Source: Nemertoderma westbladi (lineage: Eukaryota; Animalia; Xenacoelomorpha). Taken from it: a DNA stretch of 64,000 bases. Location of the stretch: NCBI GenBank assembly GCA_032718475.1, contig JAUCBJ010007946.1:43152-107151 (forward strand), in the 5' to 3' direction. Within the stretch, counting starts at the first letter, position 1; the number at the start of each line of letters is the position of its first letter. The position numbers and the translations under genes were made by a program. Below the pieces are notes generated by a model. The model did not search any database, was not told where the DNA came from, and saw only the letters and a program-made list of their open reading frames with translations. Of the stretch, positions 1 through 11,644 are shown one piece after another.

Positions 1-302
1 ATGAGATATTAATTTCAAGAAAAATTACGCGATTCCTAAATTTGTACACTACCCGGTTATAAAGTACGCATGTGATGGGATTAGTCCTACAATTGCGCCA
101 ATAAAAGATAAGTTATTTTCGGTAAAATAAACTTATCATTCGAGGTTAAGACCCCTAGATCCCTTCCTGTAATAAATGTATCATAACAAACACCTCGAAA
201 AAATACAGCTTGCCAAAACCTTGTTACTATCAATAATAAAAATCAGGGGCTAATAAAATGGCAGCTGGCTTTGAAATTAATACTCCATATCTCAAGAACC
301 TG

Positions 303-355
303 TGGCCTAGTGGTTGTTGTCTCGGCTTCCACCTCGAGGTCCTAGGTTCGAATCC
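303..355 (+). promoter_or_regulatory. Internal RNA Pol III type-2 promoter (A box 303-313, B box 345-355), repeated in each unit
   Basis: TGGCCTAGTGG fits the TRGCNNARYGG consensus and GGTTCGAATCC is a perfect B box, at tRNA-like spacing. Confidence 0.78.
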
Positions 356-358
356 GAC

Positions 359-401
359 ACCACGCTGATGAGACCCAGTAAGGTCGAAACGCGTACGTGG
401 T
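359..401 (+). ncRNA. Type I hammerhead ribozyme (minimal stem III), copy 1
   Basis: Stem I ACCACG/CGTGGT, CTGATGA core, stem II GACC-cagtaa-GGTC, GAAA, palindromic ACGCGT stem III, predicted cleavage after GUA (395). Confidence 0.9.
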
Positions 402-770
402 TTGGAGAGATATGAGATATTAATTTCAAGAAAAATTACGCGATTCCTAAATTTGTACACTACCCGGTTATAAAGTACGCATGTGATGGGATTAGTCCTA
501 CAATTGCGCCAATAAAAGATAAGTTATTTTCGGTAAAATAAACTTATCATTCGAGGTTAAGACCCCTAGATCCCTTCCTGTAATAAATGTATCATAACAA
601 ACACCTCGAAAAAAATACAGCTTGCCAAAACCTTGTTACTATCAATAATAAAAATCAGGGGCTAATAAAATGGCAGCTGGCTTTGAAATTAATACTCCAT
701 ATCTCAAGAACCTGTGGCCTAGTGGTTGTTGTCTCGGCTTCCACCTCGAGGTCCTAGGTTCGAATCCGAC

Positions 771-813
771 ACCACGCTGATGAGACCCAGTAAGGTCGAA
801 ACGCGTACGTGGT
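771..813 (+). ncRNA. Type I hammerhead ribozyme, copy 2
   Basis: Identical to 359-401. Confidence 0.9.
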
Positions 814-1182
814 TTGGAGAGATATGAGATATTAATTTCAAGAAAAATTACGCGATTCCTAAATTTGTACACTACCCGGTTATAAAGTACGCATGTGATG
901 GGATTAGTCCTACAATTGCGCCAATAAAAGATAAGTTATTTTCGGTAAAATAAACTTATCATTCGAGGTTAAGACCCCTAGATCCCTTCCTGTAATAAAT
1001 GTATCATAACAAACACCTCGAAAAAAATACAGCTTGCCAAAACCTTGTTACTATCAATAATAAAAATCAGGGGCTAATAAAATGGCAGCTGGCTTTGAAA
1101 TTAATACTCCATATCTCAAGAACCTGTGGCCTAGTGGTTGTTGTCTCGGCTTCCACCTCGAGGTCCTAGGTTCGAATCCGAC

Positions 1183-1225
1183 ACCACGCTGATGAGACCC
1201 AGTAAGGTCGAAACGCGTACGTGGT
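1183..1225 (+). ncRNA. Type I hammerhead ribozyme, copy 3
   Basis: Identical to 359-401. Confidence 0.9.
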
Positions 1226-1595
1226 TTGGAGAGATATGAGATATTAATTTCAAGAAAAATTACGCGATTCCTAAATTTGTACACTACCCGGTTATAAAGT
1301 ACGCATGTGATGGGATTAGTCCTACAATTGCGCCAATAAAATATAAGTTATTTTCGGTAAAATAAACTTATCATTCGAGGTTAAGACCCCTAGATCCCTT
1401 CCTGTAATAAATGTATCATAACAAACACCTCGAAAAAAATACAGCTTGCCAAAACCTTGTTACTATCACATAATAAAAATCAGGGGCTAATAAAATGGCA
1501 GCTGGCTTTGAAATTAATACTCCATATCTCAAGAACCTGTGGCCTAGTGGTTGTTGTCTCGGCTTCCACCTCGAGGTCCTAGGTTCGAATCCGAC

Positions 1596-1638
1596 ACCAC
1601 GCTGATGAGACCCAGTAAGGTCGAAACGCGTACGTGGT
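1596..1638 (+). ncRNA. Type I hammerhead ribozyme, copy 4
   Basis: Identical to 359-401. Confidence 0.9.
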
Positions 1639-2097
1639 TTGGAGAGATATGAGATATTAATTTCAAGAAAAATTACGCGATTCCTAAATTTGTACACTAC
1701 CCGGTTATAAAGTACGCATGTGATGGGATTAGTCCTACAATTGCGCCAATAAAAGATAAGTTATTTTCGGTAAAATAAACTTATCATTCGAGGTTAAGAC
1801 CCCTAGATCCCTTCCTGTAATAAATGTATCATAACAAACACCTCGAAAAAAATACAGCTTGCCAAAACCTTGTTACTATCAATACTTAGAATTACTGACA
1901 TCGTCACTTGACATAGGCAAGCAAGGTGACTCGCCTACATTATGTAACAATAGGAATCATATTGATCACTATGGAGCCAGGCGTAGAGTGACCTAGATAC
2001 ACATTGTTAGACCACTTAGCTTATACATATTGCTAACTGTATTATGTTGATGTTCTAATATTGTTCGAGATTATTTATTACGTCGTTTCTGTTGCAG

Positions 2098-2253
2098 ACG
2101 AGATTGATCTTAACGAGTCTAAGATGACCGACGCCGAGAAGGCGATGTACCGCGCCCAGAGAGGTTTAAGCAAAGCTCACATATCAATGGATGACGATGA
2201 TGAAGATGAGGAAATGGACACAGATATTGAGGAAAACGATAACATTGAAATAG
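2098..2253 (+). CDS. Cav2: Cav2 exon, I-II linker (DEIDLNESKMTDAEKAMYRAQRGL...NIEI)
   Basis: ttgcag acceptor, ATAG|gtaccc donor, phase 1/1, in frame with the next exon. Confidence 0.75.
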
Positions 2254-4630
2254 GTACCCGTTACATTACAGATACCGTAACGCAATAACGGTTTATTAAT
2301 AGGTAACCGTTACACTACAGATACCGTAACGCAATAACAGTTTATTAATAGGTACCCGTTACATTACAGATACCGTAACGCAATAACGGTTTATTAATAG
2401 GTACCCGTTACATTACAGTTACCGTAACGCAATAACGGTTTATTAATAGGTAACCGTTACATTACAGATACCGTAACGCAATAACGGTTTTTTAATAGGT
2501 AACCGTTCCATTACAGATAAAGTAACACAATAACGGTTTAGTAATAGGTAACCGTTCCATTACAGATACTGTAACGCAATAACGGTTTATTAAAGGGTAA
2601 CCCTTACATTACAGATAACGTAACGCAATAACAGTTTATTAATAGGTAACCATTACATTACAGATACCGTAACACAATAACGGTTTATTAATAGGTAACC
2701 GTTTCATTACAGATACCGTAACACAATAACGGTTTATTAATAGGTACCCGTTCCATTACAGATACCGTGACGCAATAACGGTTTATTAATAGGTAACCGT
2801 TACATTACAGATACCGTAACGCAATAACGGTTTATTAATAGGTAACCGTTCCATTACAGATACCGTAACGCAATAACGGTTTATTAATAGGTAACCGCCG
2901 TTACATTACAGATACCGTAACGCAATAGCGGTTTATTATTAGGTAACCGTTACATTACAGATACCGTAACGCAATAACGGTTTATTATTAGGTAACCGTT
3001 ACATTACAGATAAAGTAACACAATAACGGTTTATTAATAGGTAACCGTTACATTACAGATACCGTAACGCAATAACGTTTTATTATTAGGTAACCGTTAC
3101 ATTACAGATACCGTAACGCAATAACGGTTTATTATTAGGTAACCATTACATTACAGATACCGTAACGTAATAATGGTTTATTAATAGGTAACCGTTACAT
3201 TACAGATACCGTAACGCAATAACGGTTTATTAATAGGACCGTTACATTACAGATAAAGTAACACAATAACGGTTTATTAATAGGTAACCGTTACATTACA
3301 GATACCGTAACGCAATAACGGTTTATTAATAGGTAACCGTTACATTACAGATAACGTAACTCAATAACGGTTTATTAATAGGTAACCGTTACATTACAGA
3401 TACCGTAACGCAATAACGGTTTATTAATAGGACCGTTACATTACAGATAAAGTAACACAATAACGGTTTATTAATAGGTAACCGTTACATTACAGATACC
3501 GTAACGCAATAACGGTTTATTAATAGGTAACCGTTACATTACAGATACCGTAACGCAATAACGGTTTATTAATAGGTAACCGTTACATTACAGATAACGT
3601 AACTCAATAACGGTTTATTAATAGGTAACCGTTACATTACAGATACCGTAACGCAATAACGGTTTATTTATAGGTAACCGTTACATTACATATAACGTAA
3701 CTCAATAACGGTTTATTAAGAGGTAACCGTTACATTACAGATACCGTAACGCAATAACGGTTTATTATTAGGTAACCGTTACATTACAGATAAAGTAACA
3801 CAATAACGGTTTATTAATAGGTAACCGTTACATTACAGATAAAGTAACACAATAACGGTTTATTAATAGGTAACCGTTACATTACAGATACCGTAACGCA
3901 ATAACGGTTTATTAATAGGTAACCGTTACATTACAGATACCGTAACGCAATAACGGTTTATTAATAGGTAACCGTTACATTACAGATACCGTAACACAAT
4001 AACGGTTTATTAATAGGTAACCGTTACATTACAGATACCGTAACGCAATAACGGTTTATTAATAGGTAACCGTTACATTACAGATACCGAAAACGCAATA
4101 ACTGTTTATTAATAGGTAACCGTTACATTACAGATACCGTAACGCAATAACGGTTTATTAATAGGTAACCGTTACATTACAGATACCGTAACGCAATACC
4201 GGTCTATTAATAGGTAACCGTTACATTACAGATACCGTAACGCAATAACGGTTTATTAATAGGTAACCGTTACATTACAGATACCGTAACGCAATAACGG
4301 TTTATTAATAGGTAACCGTTACATTACAGATACCGTAACGTAATAATGGTTTATTAATAGGTAACCGTTACATTTCAGATACCGTAACGCAATAACGGTT
4401 TATTAATAGGTAACCGTTACATTACAGATACCGTAACGCAATAACGGTTTATTAATAGGTAACCATTACATTACAGATACCGTAACGCAATAACGGTTTA
4501 TTAATAGGTAACCGTTACATTACAGATACCGTAACACAATAACGGTTTATTAATAGGTAACTGTTACATTACAGATAAAGTAACACAATAACGGTTTATT
4601 AATAGGTAACCGTTACATTACAGATAAAGT
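2249..4630 (+). repeat. 49-bp minisatellite (about 48 copies) starting at the exon/intron junction: AATAG|GTAACCGTTACATTACAGATACCGTAACGCAATAACGGTTTATT
   Basis: Direct periodicity; first unit overlaps the last 5 nt of exon 2098-2253. Confidence 0.95.
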
Positions 4631-4755
4631 AGCGATAACAAATTTTATTAAAATATCGCTTTTTTTTAAACGTGCACAATATCAACATTCGAAATATTTT
4701 AAATAGATATAATGTATATTGTAGCTCATTAACTCATTGTTCTACACTATTCCAG

Positions 4756-4980
4756 GTGCCGTCAACCCATTCACTCGGAGCCAACAGAGACGGAGACCCA
4801 CTAAATGCACTCTATTTTGCATCCGTTTCCGGAAACACGAGAAAAGCTTCCGGTTCTTCCTGAAACATGTTATTAAATCCCAGGCATTCTATTGGACTAT
4901 TATTGTCCTTGTCTTTCTCAATACGATATTTGTCGCAATAGAACATTACGACCAACCAGAGTGGTTGACAAAATTCCTAG
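4756..4980 (+). CDS. Cav2: Cav2 exon, end of I-II linker and IIS1 ([48 protein letters not shown])
   Basis: ttccag acceptor, gtatgt donor; classic IIS1 motif. Confidence 0.92.
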
Positions 4981-5104
4981 GTATGTGTTTCAATGGTTTC
5001 GATAATACCTAATTCCCTTTAGTGTTGAAGTAGCCCATTAGTGAAAATGTTTAAATAAATATTTTCATATTACCATTTGTACCTGTATCATGTATTCTAA
5101 TTGA

Positions 5105-5272
5105 ATAGACATTACTACCCATTTATCGACCAATCAATGATGAAAGCTTTAGTTAGGCTAGGCTGGAGTATTTATTGTGCTGTGCCCAACAGTGCTGCCA
5201 CATGTAGGGATCGAACAAGGGCCTCGTGATTGGATACCCAGAAATCTTTAAACCAAGCTGCTGCTTCCCTTA
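5105..5272 (-). mobile_element. Degenerate tRNA-derived SINE fragment
   Basis: Minus-strand B box GTTCGATCCC (5207-5216) and A-box-like AGCTTGGTT (about 5251-5259) at tRNA spacing; boundaries approximate. Confidence 0.45.
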
Positions 5273-6372
5273 TCCCTGATTTAGCGAGCGATGTTGACAT
5301 TATTTTCTCTCGGGCCTTTATTTGCCTCTCTTAAATAAGTTATTTATTTAATATGCAATAAAAGATGGCTAATTTGTTTATTACGTTGGAAAAAAGTCGC
5401 GTTTTTTTAATGGCTACCGCGAGATTTATGATTTGAAAACAAGTGCGAGCGTAGCGAACAAGGAGTGATTCCATATTATATAATCCCTTACCGATAATGA
5501 TCCAACAGAAACCTGAATTCTAGAACGCCGCCAAGGGGTGACAAACAACTCGGCATGACGAAACAAGGAGAGGAAGTAACGTAATTTAGAACTATTGCAT
5601 ATTACTATTACGTCATATACTATTACGTCATATACTATTACATATGGTAGAAATTACATGAAAGAATAATTCCCATATCACCAAATAGTAACTGAACCCA
5701 TATGTTATATGATGTAAACTTTCCACAGCGAACGATAACTAACAAAATTAATTCTACATCAAAGGGTTTCTTATGAGACATTATCGAAATGTTTTCATAT
5801 AATAAGAAATGTTATTCATCTTCATACGACCTAAATGGGCGGCGGGAAATAAAGCTAATTAAACATGTAGGCCTAATAAACATTATTCATTCTTTTTCAT
5901 TATAACTCTTATTCGTAATCATCAGTAAATAACTTGCATGGCTCCTTCTAATTATCGTCCAATAACTTCACATAATTTATGAGACCCTACAGACTTTATA
6001 TAAATTTTATTGGTTTAAGTTTTCAAAGTTCTGTAATGATTAATTTTCTTCCAACAATAATTATTCATAAATACAATAATTGATTCTAGATTCATACTAT
6101 ACTTATATATTCATACTATACTTATCAATATGGAACGTGCACTAAATAATTGTTTGTGAAAAAATGTTGTACATGAATCTCCAACGATATCCCCCTTATA
6201 TCGTGTTAAAATCCTAACAGATTTGCACCAGGTGAAAGAACTTATACAGATATAACTAGGGACAAGTAAAGTATGTTGATCTCGGAAAGCGCAATATATT
6301 AAAATATATTAATAAGTTTTGTTTTTTCAATTCTAGCGAATGTTAATGATGTATTACTTTTTATCATTATAG

Positions 6373-6485
6373 AAGTCACAGAATTCGTTTTCTTGGGTCT
6401 ATTTATATCTGAGATTTTACTGAAACTTTATGCCCTTCGACCCAAATTCTACTTCAGGAGTAACTTCAACATATTCGACTGTGTG
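6373..6485 (+). CDS. Cav2: Cav2 exon, IIS2-S3 ([38 protein letters not shown])
   Basis: ttatag acceptor, gtaagt donor; translated by hand, not in the ORF track. Confidence 0.9.
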
Positions 6486-6660
6486 GTAAGTTTCTTTATG
6501 CGACTTACTACATTACTTCCAGTTTATTGTTAGAATTTGAATTATCAATTTAATTGTAAAATTATAATTTGACCCATAACTGTATTTTTATTTTTTTCTT
6601 TATTTTCATATTATTATTTTTCAAGGTGTAAGTTACATTCTCATATTGTATTACTTTTAG

Positions 6661-6770
6661 GTTATCATTGGAAGTGTAATTGACATGATAATGTACAACG
6701 TTAATGGCACTCGCATAGGAATTCGGGTACTGAGGGCGCTGAGATTGCTACGAATATTCAAAGTCACCAA
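6661..6770 (+). CDS. Cav2: Cav2 exon, IIS3-S4 voltage sensor (VIIGSV...GIRVLRALRLLRIFKVTK)
   Basis: ttttag acceptor, gtgcgt donor; R-x-x S4 repeat. Confidence 0.92.
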
Positions 6771-6903
6771 GTGCGTTACATACTTCCGTAATATAAAAGG
6801 AAATATTGTGAACAATAACGTCACAACACAACGCATAACACTATGTAATAACGGGGATTTTTTGTTACTTTTATTTTAACATTTTATTCTAATTTGTTTA
6901 TAG

Positions 6904-7035
6904 GTATTGGAAATCGTTAAGGAATTTAGTCGTCTCGTTGCTCAACTCAATACGCGCTATATTATCTCTGCTGTTTCTTCTCTTTCTTTTCATCGTAATA
7001 TTCGCTCTACTGGGGATGCAGATATTTGGAGGGAG
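6904..7035 (+). CDS. Cav2: Cav2 exon, IIS4-S5 linker and IIS5 ([44 protein letters not shown])
   Basis: tatag acceptor, GGGAG|gttggt donor, phase matches the exon at 10876. Confidence 0.92.
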
Positions 7036-9486
7036 GTTGGTTTCATTATATTTGGAGGGAGGTTGGTTTCATTATATTTGGAGGGAGGTTGGTTTCATTA
7101 TATTTGGAGGGAGGTTGGTTTCATTATATTTGGAGGGAGGTTGGTTTCATTATATTTGGAGGGAGGTTGGTTTCATTATATTTGGAGGGAGGTTGGTTTC
7201 ATTATATTTGGAGGGAGGTTGGTTTCATTATATTTGGAGGGAGGTTGGTTTCATTATATTTGGAGGGAGGTTGGTTTCATTATATTGGGAGGGAGGTTGG
7301 TTTCATTATATTGGGAGGGAGGTTGGTTTCATTATATTTGGAGGGAGGTTGGTTTCATTGTATTTGGAGGGAGGTTGGTTTCATTATATTGGGAGGGAGG
7401 TTGGTTTCATTATATTGGGAGGGGGGTTGGTTTCATTATATTTGGAGGGAGGTTGGTTTCATTATATTTGGAGGGAGGTTGGTTTCATTATATTGGGAGG
7501 GAGGTTGGTTTCATTATATTTGGAGGGAGGTTGGTTTCATTATATTTGGAGGGAGGTTGGTTTCATTATATTTGGAGGGAGGTTGGTTTCATTATATTGG
7601 GAGGGAGGTTGGTTTCATTATATTTGGAGGGAGGTTGGTTTCATTATATTGGGAGGGAGGTTGGTTTCATTATATTTGGAGGGAGGTTGGTTTCATTATA
7701 TTTGGAGGGAGGTTGGTTTCATTATATTTGGAGGGAGGTTGGTTTCATTATATTTGGAGGGAGGTTGGTTTCATTATATTTGGAGGGAGGTTGGTTTCAT
7801 TATATTGGGAGGGAGGTTGGTTTCATTATATTGGGAGGGAGGTTGGTTTCATTATATTGGGAGGGAGGTTGGTTTCATTATATTGGGAGGGAGGTTGGTT
7901 TCATTATATTTGGAGGGAGGTTGGTTTCATTATATTGGGAGGGAGGTTGGTTTCATTATATTTGGAGGGAGGTTGGTTTCATTATATTTGGAGGGAGGTT
8001 GGTTTCATTATATTTGGAGGGAGGTTGGTTTCATTATATTTGGAGGGAGGTTGGTTTCATTATATTGGGAGGGAGGTTGGTTTCATTATATTGGGAGGGA
8101 GGTTGGTTTCATTATATTGGGAGGGAGGTTGGTTTCATTATATTGGGAGGGAGGTTGGTTTCATTATATTTGGAGGGAGGTTGGTTTCATTATATTTGGA
8201 GGGAGGTTGGTTTCATTATATTGGGAGGGAGGTTGGTTTCATTATATTTGGAGGGAGGTTGGTTTCATTATATTGGGAGGGAGGTTGGTTTCATTATATT
8301 TGGAGGGAGGTTGGTTTCATTATATTTGGAGGGAGGTTGGTTTCATTATATTGGGAGGGAGGTTGGTTTCATTATATTGGGAGGGAGGTTGGTTTCATTA
8401 TATTTGGAAGGGGGTTGGTTTCATTATATTTGGAGGGAGGTTGGTTTCATTATATTTGGAGGGAGGTTGGTTTCATTATATTTGGAGGGAGGTTGGTTTC
8501 ATTATATTGGGAGGGAGGTTGGTTTCATTATATTTGGAGGGAGGTTGGTTTCATTATATTTGGAGGGAGGTTGGTTTCATTGTATTTGGAGGGAGGTTGG
8601 TTTCATTGTATTTGGAGGGAGGTTGGTTTCATTATATTTGGAGGGAGGTTGGTTTCATTATATTTGGAGGGAGGTTGGTTTCATTATATTTGGAGGGAGG
8701 TTGGTTTCATTATATTTGGAGGGAGGTTGGTTTCATTATATTTGGAGGGAGGTTGGTTTCATTATATTTGGAGGGAGGTTGGTTTCATTATATTGGGAGG
8801 GAGGTTGGTTTCATTATATTTGGAGGGAGGTTGGTTTCATTATATTTGGAGGGAGGTTGGTTTCATTATATTTGGAGGGAGGTTGGTTTCATTATATTTG
8901 GAGGGAGGTTGGTTTCATTATATTTGGAGGGAGGTTGGTTTCATTATATTTGGAGGGAGGTTGGTTTCATTATATTTGGAGGGAGGTTGGTTTCATTATA
9001 TTTGGAGGGAGGTTGGTTTCATTATATTTGGAGGGAGGTTGGTTTCATTATATTTGGAGGGAGGTTGGTTTCATTATATTTGGAGGGAGGTTGGTTTCAT
9101 TATATTTGGAGGGAGGTTGGTTTCATTATATTTGGAGGGAGGTTGGTTTCATTATATTTGGAGGGAGGTTGGTTTCATTATATTTGGAGGGAGGTTGGTT
9201 TCATTATATTTGGAGGGAGGTTGGTTTCATTATATTTGGAGGGAGGTTGGTTTCATTATATTTGGAGGGAGGTTGGTTTCATTATATTTGGAGGGAGGTT
9301 GGTTTCATTATATTTGGAGGGAGGTTGGTTTCATTATATTTGGAGGGAGGTTGGTTTCATTATATTTGGAGGGAGGTTGGTTTCATTATATTTGGAGGGA
9401 GGTTGGTTTCATTATATTTGGAGGGAGGTTGGTTTCATTATATTTGGAGGGAGGTTGGTTTCATTATATTTGGAGGGAGGTTGGTT
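7022..9486 (+). repeat. 26-bp minisatellite (about 95 copies): ATATTTGGAGGGAG|GTTGGTTTCATT, last 14 exon nt plus first 12 intron nt
   Basis: Direct periodicity; one further unit resumes at 10089-10120 after an insertion. Confidence 0.96.
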
Positions 9487-10088
9487 TGTGAGCGGATTCA
9501 ATTCCGCCGCATTACCCTCACAAAGTTGGGAAGTGGCACCTTTTCAGCAATATTGGAGATACGAGATTGGCAATAACCAATCTCGTATCACAACCAACAC
9601 CGGGGACAACACAACCCCAAAGCCACACACAAAGGGAGGTTAGAGGTCAAATCACCTCGGGAGAGGGAACAACCAGCAGGGGCCAACAGCAGGGGGGAAA
9701 CACTCACAGAGAGGGGAGAGGCGTGAAGTAGATTATCAGCCAATAGGGGCGAGGGAGAGCATCCACTGGGTGAAAGGCCACAGCAGTGTAGGAGTAATAA
9801 TCACATATATATTATGTTGCATTCAATTACCGGTTCAGTTATTTCAGTCATCAGCTTGAGTGCAGACCGGTGACATCCTTCACCGTCACCGTCACCAATA
9901 TATCCACACCTACCGGTATACAATACTGTTATTTTACTGCCATCAACTGTGCTATCATTCATTATCCGTTTATTGATATTAATTACCGAGCATCAAAGAG
10001 ATAACAACGAACTCTTATTTTTCCCATTCTCAATACCACGGTGACGCGTAGTCTGATTAACCGGTCGGGATCCCTTGATCCCGTCACA
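9487..10088. mobile_element. Probable solo LTR (602 bp) inserted in the 26-bp array
   Basis: TGTGA...TCACA termini, 5-bp TSD TGGTT (9482-9486 and 10089-10093), higher GC than flanks, no long ORF of its own. Confidence 0.75.
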
Positions 10089-10875
10089 TGGTTTCATTAT
10101 ATTTGGAGGGAGGTTGGTTGGGAAGATGTGCGGTACATAGAATTGGAGCGCATCCCAGATGTTTTTGTGCCTGTATCTGCAGATAGTTGATTATTAGTAT
10201 TTAACTACCCCAACTGTGTTAACAGATGAAGCCAATTCGGCCGCCCATAAACAATTAATTATTAGTCGGCTTCAATGTAATTTTTCGAACATTCAAGGAG
10301 ATTATGTAAATCTCCATCATATTACTCCAATGCTAAGTTTCCATTCTTTCCATTGATAAGAAAATGAAAAATTTGTTGATGTTGACCAATGAGAAGAAAG
10401 AGTGAAATAGACAGACATAGAGATATATAGATAGGTAGTTATATACATACATATACCCCCATGATATACATATTTTCGATATTTCATATACATAAATCAT
10501 TTTGGGATCATGTTTCCCACATAACATGCTTGCTTTGAACGAACCTGCCAATTTACTCTTTCAATGTATACCAATTCAATTATTGTTCTAGGGTAGGGGT
10601 TACAAGCAAGGATCATCAGTCATTCCTGCAGGGTGAGGTTGGGTTTTGGCAATAAGATGTTACGGGTTGTGCAAGTTAGGCCTAATTTGTTAAATGAACA
10701 TGTATCTAATGTAATATGTACCCTGCGTGGCTACCTGGTGTAAATACTGTCAATCAAGCGATCTGATACAATATTCATAGCTTGACAACTGAGAAAAAAA
10801 ATTAGCATTATAGTATACCTTTAAGTATAGGTTTTCGTTATATAATAATGTAATTGTATATGGTAAATTTTTTAG

Positions 10876-11066
10876 GTTTAACTTTCCCGGCGGAAAACCC
10901 TCCGCTAACTTTGATACTTGGTCAATAGCAATGCTAACAGTCTTCCAGATTCTCACTGGTGAGGATTGGAACGCTGTGATGTACAACGGAATATACAGTC
11001 TGTCTAGTGGGGGGAAGGCCTGGAGCATGCTTGCTTCTGTGTACTTCATTCTTCTATGCCTGATAG
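10876..11066 (+). CDS. Cav2: Cav2 exon, domain II pore loop and start of IIS6 ([39 protein letters not shown])
   Basis: ttttag acceptor, gtgagt donor; TGEDWN filter motif. Confidence 0.93.
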
Positions 11067-11330
11067 GTGAGTAAGCGCAGCTCTCCGTTTAGTATAAACG
11101 TCACTTTTGAACTTCTCCATCCGTCAGTCTGTTGGCCGTCCCACCAGATGAGTACGAGGATGGCATCGATATAAAGCTTTGGTGGTGGGTTGTTATTTGT
11201 TCTGTTGGTAATTTGTTAATTATAATTTATACCCAGGAACTGGTGAAAAATGACTAGTGCAATTCAATTAGTTAAATTACTAAATATATGTATTTATTCA
11301 TTATATAATATTTATTAATGTGTTTTGCAG

Positions 11331-11452
11331 GAAATTACACGTTATTAAACGTATTTTTGGCCATCGCTGTCGATAACTTAGCTAGCGCACAGCAACTTAC
11401 GAAGGCAGAGGAAAGAGAAGAATTGGAAAAACAACTTAAAAACAATATTCAG
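11331..11452 (+). CDS. Cav2: Cav2 exon, IIS6 ([24 protein letters not shown]...)
   Basis: ttgcag acceptor, CAG|gttcag donor. Confidence 0.9.
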
Positions 11453-11644
11453 GTTCAGTTCACCTTATCTATAAACCTTGACCTACCGTACATCCTGCTG
11501 CTCTTGTTCATTTGCTTGGACATCCCATTTGACTCCCAGACTGTTTAAGTGTAGTACAATGCTGCCGGCCTTACTGCCTGAATAAAAGGGGGGGGGGGGG
11601 GGGGGGGGGGGGGGTCCGGTGGAGTACAGTTCTACCGGTTTATG

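Larger units (their letters stand above)
1..1884 (+). mobile_element. Tandem array (about 4.5 copies visible, about 412 bp unit, truncated by window start) of a hammerhead-bearing, tRNA-headed retrozyme/SINE-like element
   Basis: Near-identical units; each full unit has A box TGGCCTAGTGG, B box GGTTCGAATCC and a hammerhead core; array ends at ...TGTTACTATCAATA. Confidence 0.88.

Noticed and set aside
298-364. Functional tRNA gene
   Set aside because: A and B boxes are present, but I could not build a convincing acceptor stem and cloverleaf, and the 3' side runs directly into the hammerhead; treated as a tRNA-derived head.
230-1697. Repeated 76-93 aa minus-strand ORFs (also 21924-22527)
   Set aside because: Antisense readings of the non-coding element; GFEPRTS is the reverse-complemented B box, and there are no reverse transcriptase or endonuclease motifs.
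6907-9643. Three overlapping 820-900 aa ORFs
   Set aside because: They are translations of a stop-free 26-bp tandem repeat in all three frames; only 6904-7035 is true exon.
11588-11614. Long poly-G runs (also about 16562-16579) and a polyproline ORF
   Set aside because: Simple homopolymers of unreliable length with no coding support.
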